DNA of 64,000 nucleotides from Candidatus Omnitrophota bacterium (GTDB taxonomy: Bacteria; Omnitrophota; Omnitrophia; Omnitrophales; Aquincolibacteriaceae): the NCBI GenBank assembly GCA_022709525.1, contig JAKLIQ010000006.1, positions 2,708 to 66,707 of the forward strand, written 5' to 3'. Of the stretch, positions 45,001 through 54,000 are shown piece by piece; within the stretch, counting starts at the first letter, position 1; the number at the start of each line of letters is the position of its first letter. Made by a program: the position numbers and the translations under genes. The notes below the pieces were generated by a model that saw only the letters and a list, made by a program, of their open reading frames with translations, was not told the origin of the DNA and did no database searches.

Positions 45001-48000
45001 GCCCGGCGCGCCATTGAAAAGATCCAACGGCAAGGCCGCGTTTCTCGCTTTGAAGAGGGTTGGGTACTCAGTCTCGTGACGCCTTGGGACAGAAGCATTT
45101 ATTTTGGAACGCAGCAACGCGTGGAAGCGACCCGTCGGCTTATTCGGGACCTTCAAAAACGCAACCCCTACACGGAATTCCGTTCGGAGACGCGTATCAG
45201 TCTCCGCACTGAGAGAAACGAAGTTCCCGTACGTGCCGAGATGCGGGCGTCGGTTGCCGAAGAGATCGAGGAACGGGTTAGCAGCATGTATGACAAAGGC
45301 GATCTTGAGGTCGGTTATTGGTGGTTCGATTTCGAAGAATATGACGCCCGGCGCAAAGATCCCGACTATCCCACCCTCCCTACAGATCGTATCTCGAAGA
45401 TCCGTGAAGCTATGGAAGAATTCCGGGATCTTAGGACGGATAAAAATCAGATGATCTATGCGCGGAATATTCATTGGATCCTGGGGGTTCCGTCCGTCGG
45501 GATCATGTTGATTCATCTGCTTCTCCTTGCGCAGGGCGATGGGGAGGTCTACTGGAAGACATCCTTCGGTCTTTTAGGGGCAGTGGCTCTCTTGAATTAT
45601 TTCTTCAGCCGGGTGGTCGACTACACGACCAATGAACATCCTTACGAGAAGATCCTTGATATCTTGGAATCCATCGACAGGCAAGGACCGGACGAATCGC
45701 AGGGACCTTCCGTTCGCTCGGAAGCGCGGGATCGCGTATCCCAGCTTGCGCAAAATTTTGTGATCCAAAACCCGAACGGGATCCATCTGCGGCCCGCGGC
45801 CGGCATTGTCAAAATAGCGCAGCAGATCTTTGCGGCGCTCGGCATTACCGTATGGCTGCAAAAAAGTGGCCAGGGAGAACGGGTCCCGGCCCAAAGCGAA
45901 ACAAAAGTCGCCCTCCTTGGGTTGAGGCAGGGTGATTCAGTAACGGTCATTTTGGATTCGCGAGAAGGCGAATCCTATCCCCGCCGGTTCTTTGAAAAGA
46001 TCATGAAGCTTTGGAAGAAACTTTTTAACGACCCCGAAGCGCTCAAGGCCGGTCTTTCCGGGGAGAAAGGCCTCCCGTATTTTAGCGCCATCACTTCCCT
46101 GGTTCCGGAAAAAGACGCATCCCGTCGTTCCGAGATACGGACAAAACATCCGCCGCAGAAACGTGTTATGAAGTTCCGGGACGTCGCCTATTACTACAAC
46201 AATTTTGACAAGGCCGCCGAGATATTCAAAAAGATCCTCAAGGCAAGCGAAAAGGGCGTGATCAACGCCGGAGACCGCATCTGGCGCGAAACGCTTCCCG
46301 CGATCAAAAGTTATTACGATGCCTACAACAAAAGAGGGGAGATCCCTGAAGATTTCAGGGTCATGGCTATGCTTGTCCGCGCCATCATGATCTTTCAAAT
46401 GCTTATGGGCAAGAAAACTTCGATTCCCCAAACATCCAAGCCCGCGAAAAGAAGCGCCGTTTCAGAAAACCATTTTAAAGACCGGTACCGTTTCTGGTCT
46501 GACGCGGCACTATTCAATAAAATCGCCGAAGTCCTCAAGGCCCTGAAAAACCCGGACATGGCCGCCAAGATCCGGGATCCGAAACTGGGACTTCCCCAAT
46601 TCGACACGCCTCAGATGACGCGCCTCAATGAACTGGCCGCTATGGATCGATTCGTTCATCCCGAAAAACTCGAATTGGAGGATATTTTTACCCGCTTTGA
46701 TCGCCGTCATGCTGCGGCCCGAGGAGAGACCTCTTTTCGTTCGGAAACGAGGGAGCCGCTTCTTCTGGATGGTAATGTCAAACTGACCGCGATCCGGGAA
46801 AAACTCTCTGACATCAGCGAACTTCACCTCGACCGGGATATCCGCAAGGCCGTCGCCATGCAGATCCGCCGTGTCATTTTGGCGAAACAGGACCGGCTGG
46901 GATGGGAGGACCTTCAAAAGATCGAAGGGCTGGAAGATCTGAACCTTTCTGTCTTGAAGGAAAATTTCAAATTGCCCGTCAAAACTCCCGTAAGATCCCT
47001 GAAATACAGCCGCCGCTTCGCATGGGGCTTGGCCGGCCTGCTCGCCGCATCGGCACTTTCGATCGCCGGCTGGTTCAAGTGGGAATCTTCTAGAGCAAGA
47101 CAGTCTTTGACAGCAACATTCCAGAAGGCGGGAGACGTCAAAAGCGAGATTTATCAAGATTTGGAAAAAGTTTATTTTGAAAAAATGCCTCTCTATAACG
47201 TTTTTCCAGCTGCGCTTTATAAAGATCCGCTTTATTTCCCGAATCAGGAATGGGGCAATTATCACCTGACTGTTATTGGCGATATTCACACACATCCGGA
47301 CACCCCCGCGCTGATTTTGGATGCCGCCCGTTTGATTGCTGAAGATCCCCAGCAGTGGGTTCTTTTAGTGGAAGGGTATGAGGAGTGGAAAAAGAACAGA
47401 AATGAGAATGCCGTGGATCTGGTACTTCTGGATGAACTTATCAAGAGAACAAAAGCTCCTGTTCTGGATTTTGTTCCATTGCCTAGCGATGCTGATGTTC
47501 TCGAAGGGATCCAGGAACGTCTCGAATTTTCAAAAGAAGAGATTTTAAATATTTCATGTTTTCTTAAACTTGGTTTTTATTTTACCGTGGCTGATGATTC
47601 CGGTCGCCCTCAGGAGTGGGCCTTGGAAAAAACTCTTAACCTTATGTCATCCCGAACAGGCCTACCCAAAGAATATTTTTTAAACCAGCTCACGGCATTG
47701 GCGCAGTCCCTAAAGGATTTAGATGATGTTGGTTTAAAAAAAGTCTGGGAGAAAATAGTTCGCTTTCAGCTTATAGAAATTGAAGCGCGCAACACAGTGG
47801 GTCAAAAACGTGTTCGGGAATTTTTATCAAAATACCCAAACCGTAAGAATATTTTTGTTATTACCGGATCCTTACATCTCCCCATCTTTGATATTCGCTT
47901 ACCTCCCGAGCATCAACCAATGACATTGCCCTATGATTTTTTTACCGAATCTCTGTCGCGTTATTACAGCGTCTTAGAACTCAATGCATCTTCTTTCCGC

Positions 48001-51000
48001 TCGGAAATCCGCGGCGATACGAAAGATTCCGCGTTAGCGTGGTCGCACAAACGCACCAAAGAGCTTTTGGCGGCGATGTCTCCTGCCGTCCAGGATACGA
48101 TCTCCAAATTCTTGAAGGAAAAGATCCTTCGCCACCGGAACAATCGTTTGATGGAATGGAGCAGATCGCTTAAAAATCAAAGTCATGCTGCAAAAATAAA
48201 AAATGATATAGAGCAATGGTCTGGCGGAATAGAGTCCCCAAAGGGTAAGAAAAACGAAGAAATTATAGCCCTAATCGAGCCTTGGCTTGATGGAGATTAT
48301 TTCTGGTTTGATGAGATTGCCTGGAATCCCATCCAGGTAACTGAGTATATGCTACAAGTTTTTTTAAGCCACACGAGCCCGGCTTTTTCAAATTGGGCAG
48401 AAGAGAAAGCCGCTCAATTCAACATGACCCGTGAAGAATTTTTAACCCGGCTTCTGACGGATATCCGCCTGATCGAGCTTCTCGTCATTGTTTTTATGCA
48501 AAGCAACCTTCACTCGACTTTCCCGGGCATGCCGGTGACAATTCTTACCCTCAAAGACGAGGTTCTGGCAAGCGCGACCCATACGGGAGATACGATCGCA
48601 AACGGACAGAATCCACTCGAAACAATCCCCGAAAAGAAAAAAGAACCCTGGCTCGAAGTTCTGAAACGGTCATTTCAGAAACCGCAGCCTGTTTCCAAAA
48701 AAGAGCCCGAAAAAGTCGCTTGGTATAGGCGCGTGATCGCAGTGAGCGAGGAGAAGATCCGCGGTCTGGTGGATGCGAAAGCGCGCGAAAAGGGGACCGA
48801 GGAGTTCCTCGATAGCTTTATTCCGGAATTGATCCATTTCGTCAAGCATTCGCGGGATTTTAAAGCTTCGGAACATGAACTTGTCAGCATGAAAAAAGAG
48901 CTGGATCGATATGTCGGCCTTAAAAATCTTTTTTCATTCATCCCGCGCTCCGATCCGCCTGCAAGGCAGGACGGATCTCCGACAAAGAACTCGACGGATC
49001 CGTCCGGCCCCGTGGCGGACGTCCTGCTTTCCCGGGCGGAAATGCGGATCTCCGCGGCGGAACTCGTCAAGAGGGAACGCCAATTGGATCAATGGGCGCT
49101 TATGGCGGAAGAACTCAAAAAAATAAAGCGCTTGCAGGATACCTCGGAAAAAGCGTTCCGCAGACAACGCGAAAGCATCGCCGAGCAGGTCATGAATTAC
49201 GCGATGTCGGATGAAGTGTTCATGGACCGTTTGATTACCGCCGATTTTGAGGCCGCGGCCGGTATGTTGACATCATTCCCTTACCTGAAAAAAGAAGACC
49301 AGCCGATTTTAAAAGTCATGCTGGAGATCGTTTTCCCGCCCGAAGCGGCGACGCGGCATTTGAAGGCCTCGTGGCTCCAAGTGATCTGCTGCGGCGTTTC
49401 AGGATTAGGTCTTTTTTTAAAAAACATTTTGCGGCCTAAGAAGACCTTTCAAAACGGAACTCAAGGATCAAAAAGCGAAAGCCCCGCAGTTTTTACCGAT
49501 ACCACTTCTTCGGCTGGCCGGCGTTCCGAAATGCGCGCAGAAGAAAAAAACCTGCCGCAGACCGAAGGAAAGCTCTTCAACAACCTTTCGCTGGATACGT
49601 TGGCGGAGACCCTTGCGCCCGTTGTTTTAGATATGCGGGATAGGCGGGAAAATGTTTATGTTGAGGGCAAAAACAAAAGAAGGGAAGTAATTGGAGTTGT
49701 TCGTTTTCAGCCCGGACTTCAGATCGCTCTGGCGCCAAGGTTTGCTGGCAGATCATTTTATAATTCGCATGACGAGTTCGCTCAGAAAGCAGGTTTTACC
49801 GAAACGGTTGATGAGAAAGGATATGCCCGACTATGGTTAACCTTTAATGAAGAAAAAGAACTGATCAGGATCGGCCTCTCCCCGGATGCGGACAAAATCA
49901 TTTCTTCTGATGAAAAGCGAAAACAGCTTGCCGCTCTGGCGCTTATGACAGCCAAGATCTTAAGAAGTCTCGAAGATCACGATCTCGATTTTAAGCTCGG
50001 AGGTTTTGCTTTGGAGATCGGCGGGAGGACGAGTTTATTGGGTGACCATGAACGCAACGCCGTTTGGGGTCAAAGCCAGTCTTCGATCGAGATGCTGGAC
50101 CGGCTTTCGACGCTTGGAACAACCGAACCCGGGGTCCAAGAAATGCGGAGCGAACTTCGCGAAACAACGGGCGATATTGTGTTAAGACAAAAAGGCCGGG
50201 ACATGTGGGAGACCGAGCGCAAGCCCGATAAGATGGTTTTTCATTTCGAAACGCTCGAGATGCAGAAGCTTCCTAAAGGAAGCCAGCGTTCCCGGGCCTA
50301 TGAATTCCGGACTGTTTTCAAGACGTTATTTCCCGCTCTGGCTTATGAAGCTTATAAAGGTGAACGGAGCTTCGCCTTAAATCCCGACCGGATCAACGTC
50401 CTTCTTCTTTCGGAAGGAAAACCCGCCGGCTTTTACAGCTATTCCAAATTACCTTATCAGCGCAACCAGTTGTTGGGTTTCGGCGTGATCCAGGATTATC
50501 GCGGCACTGGCGCCGAAGACGTGCTTTGGGAAGATATCAAAGCCCGCGTTTTTTACAATAACCCCAAGGCCAGGATCATTGTACCGGATATAGCATTGCT
50601 CAATTCCCGGGCCGCGCCGGGCCGGTTTGAAGGCACGGCTGAAGATTTAAAATCAGCCCTAGGCATTGAAGGCGCTGCTCCAAAAGAGGAAAGCAGTGCC
50701 GGACAAGGTGTAAGAGCCGATGAGACGATCGCTCAAGAGCATGCTTTTGAAGCTTATACCAAAAGGATCTTCACGCCTGAATTCTTGAAAAAATACGAAA
50801 CGAAGCTCGCCGAGATGAGAGATGCGATCGGCCTGACTTTAAGGTCCTATGGGCACCAGCTCGTGAACCGGCAGGAAATGGCCAAAGAGATCGTGGACTT
50901 TTTGGAACAATCCGCCGCTACTACTGAAACAAGGCTTTCTTTGGCGAAGCTGCCGCAAGGCGTCACCCAAGAGGGATCAAAGCGAGCCACCTTCTTCTTT

Positions 51001-54000
51001 TTTATAAATGAAGAATATCTGGAATTTATCGGAGGCGCGCGCTATGACGAGAAAGGCGAAGAATATCACCACGGACGCTTGGCTCAGGCCTTTGAGATCG
51101 ACCTCACTCAATTTGACCATGTGCTTATTTACGGTTCTGCGGAAGGCGCCTCTCCGAAAAACCCGGAAGGAGAGATCAGTTTGACATTCTTAGAGAATCA
51201 TTACCCGCAGGAAAAGGGAAAATTCCTGGCGACGCTTCTTGCGGCAGGCGGGGTCCCGCTTTCGAAAAAAATAAATGTCCGGAACAATTCCGTTCCCGTC
51301 AAATCCATCAAAACCCTCGCTGACATGCTTTCGTTTAATGACGGCTCTTCAGCTCCGCGTTCGGAAACGCGCGCGCCGCTCAACTTGACGATTCGATACT
51401 CCCAGGATTTTTATAATGTGATCGCCCGGATGCAGGCGAATGAGCGGTACGCTTTGATGAACCGGCTATATCGATTCCTGAGAAGCGCTCAGCATACCAC
51501 AAGCACCACGGGAGTCGGCAAGCCCTTGACCGGCGGTTTGAACATGTACAAAGAGTTCCAGTGGGGGGATTACAGGATCCTGTTCATTTATAATATCCAT
51601 CGAAATTTTCCGGAAAATGATCCGGCGCGCCGCGAATTCATCCTTTTCCTCTGCTGGTACAAAAAATGGAGCATTGATAGTCAAAAACCTTTGAATGACG
51701 AAGCCCGTAACAATAAAGCCATTCAAAAAATACTGGATCCGGCTTTGCCGCAGGACGGAGAAAAGATCCAACAGCTCCTCAAGTGGTTTTATGAGGAGCG
51801 CGAAGAAAAACCAATAGCCGATCTGGAAGATTTTGATTTTTTAAATCAGGTTGCGCCTTCGCTCCTTTTTTCCCCCATTCAAAAATTAGACCTTGAAGAT
51901 CTAAGGGGGACCCTTGAAGCCAATCTCAAAGTTAAAGAAAGTTTTACGAATGCTCCCATTTTATACTTTGCCATTCACGACATGCAGGCGGCGCTGGAAA
52001 AAGAACCCGACAATTTAGAAAAAGCCGCGCATCTCTGGCTGGGCAAGAGCGGGACAGTGCCGCGGGAAGAAGCCGAGCGGGCGAAGCAGTTTTTAAGGCA
52101 ATGGACCAGCGCTGAATACCGGCTCTTGGCGTTGATCGAAAATGATTTAAAAGAAAATGAATCCGCTCAAGGTTTTCGCAAGGCGCTTGGTAACATTGCG
52201 TGGGTTTATTTCGAACTCGCGGAAAAACCTTTCAGAAAAAAGATCCAGCAGAAAATAGAAGAATGGGCGCAGCGCCGGCCCGAGACCTCCAAAGGGTTGG
52301 GGCAGATCCAAGCGGCCTATGCTCAATTAAGGAAAGGAAATGCGGGGGAAGATGTTTTTTCGAGCCCTCTCGTTGAAAAAATGATCGAAGCGCGGAAGGA
52401 ATGGCTGCGTTCGCCGCCAGTCGTAAAAAAGCCTGTGTTAAAACCGGAACCGGCCGCTGTATCGCCGGCAGAAGTTACGCCTGTTTTGGCGATTCGCAGG
52501 GAGCCGGAACCGGCTTCCGTTCCACCGTCCATCGAGCGCGAACCTTTGAAACTTCCGGACACGCCGGTTGTTAAGGAAGCGATTGGGAAAGCCAAGAAGC
52601 TTTTTGAAGATTGTAAAATCCGGCCCGATCTAATAACGGACGCCAACGCCGAAACCGCTTTGGCCGTAGCGCTGGATCCCCAATACACGTTCAAAGAAGC
52701 GGGAGCGAAGCTCGAGAAGCTTTTTGAATCTTCAATCGGCGAAAATACGGCTAAGGATCTTCGCAAAGAGCTCGAACAGCTCGGTTTTTTAGCGGCTTTG
52801 CATCAAATGAACCAAATCCGGGCCCTTAAACATTTGACACAAATGTTTAGCAAGGCAGAAGTTTCCTTCGAGTCAGGAGACGTTATTCAAGCCGAAACTC
52901 TTGTAAAGTCGGCTATCGTCGCGGATGGTTACGGCCGGCCCACTGAAGGCAAAAGCTCTCTTGATAGCTTATTGGGGAAAATAAAGGAGCTCGAAGAGTC
53001 GATCAAAGCGTTGAAGAAATGGACGGCGGTTCTGCTCGAAAATCCTGAAACCTCGGCGCCCTTATCAAAAGCGGACCTGGATAAATTGGTTGCTGAGTGG
53101 GATGGTTTTTCAAAAAAACAGCAAAAAGCCGCCGAGCATCTTTTGTCTTCCGAAACAAGCCGGGGCCGCTTGAAGGACAACCTAGCAAACTCCTTTTTTG
53201 TCGCCGCTTTTCTCCTGCCGTTTGTTAGGGAGCACAAGGCCAGTTCCGGATGGGTAGAGATTCTCATCAAGGACCCCGCCATGATAAGAGATATGAACAG
53301 AGAGCTTATAAACCGTGGGGCAAAGGTTTTGACCGAGACGCAACATGTTTTCCCCGTAAGCCCAAAAGGGTCTCTCCGTTCGGAGGTAAGAGGAAAAAAA
53401 GAAGTTACGCTCGTCATGCCAAAGGGTCCGTACGTTTTTTCTGATTTTGAAAGTCAAGAAGACCTGGCGCCGGAGGTCAGGGCTTTTGATTTAAAAGATC
53501 ACGACATGGAGTTAAGTTTTAACTTCGAAGCCTTTGATGCTCAGGGGAAAAGCCGGTTCTATTTCGATCGTATTCACAATATACTTTTTTTCAACGGCGT
53601 ACCGCTTGCTTTCTACGGTAAAGAACGGGACGAGAATTCTCCTCTCGAAGAGATCTATCAAACGCCGGACGAATTGGCGGCAGGCCATTCGCCAAGCAAA
53701 GTCGATGCCATCCTTCCGAGCGGCAATTTGGGGCAAAATGATTGGTTCGTTGCTATTGTGGACGACAAGGTTTACCACTATTCGAAGGACCCGCTTGACC
53801 GAGTTTACGACATGCTTCTTGTCAAAGAAGACGGTACGCTTGAGGTCCGCAGCCTTCGATTTAAAGATCAGAAAGGAATGCGCGGGATTTATGATAAAAA
53901 CTATCGTTCGATCCCTTTCAAGATCCGTTACGGGTTTTACGGGCAGCGCCTCGTTAAAGACAGGAAGCTCAATCTTGCGGGGGTCGCCACACAGTTCGAT

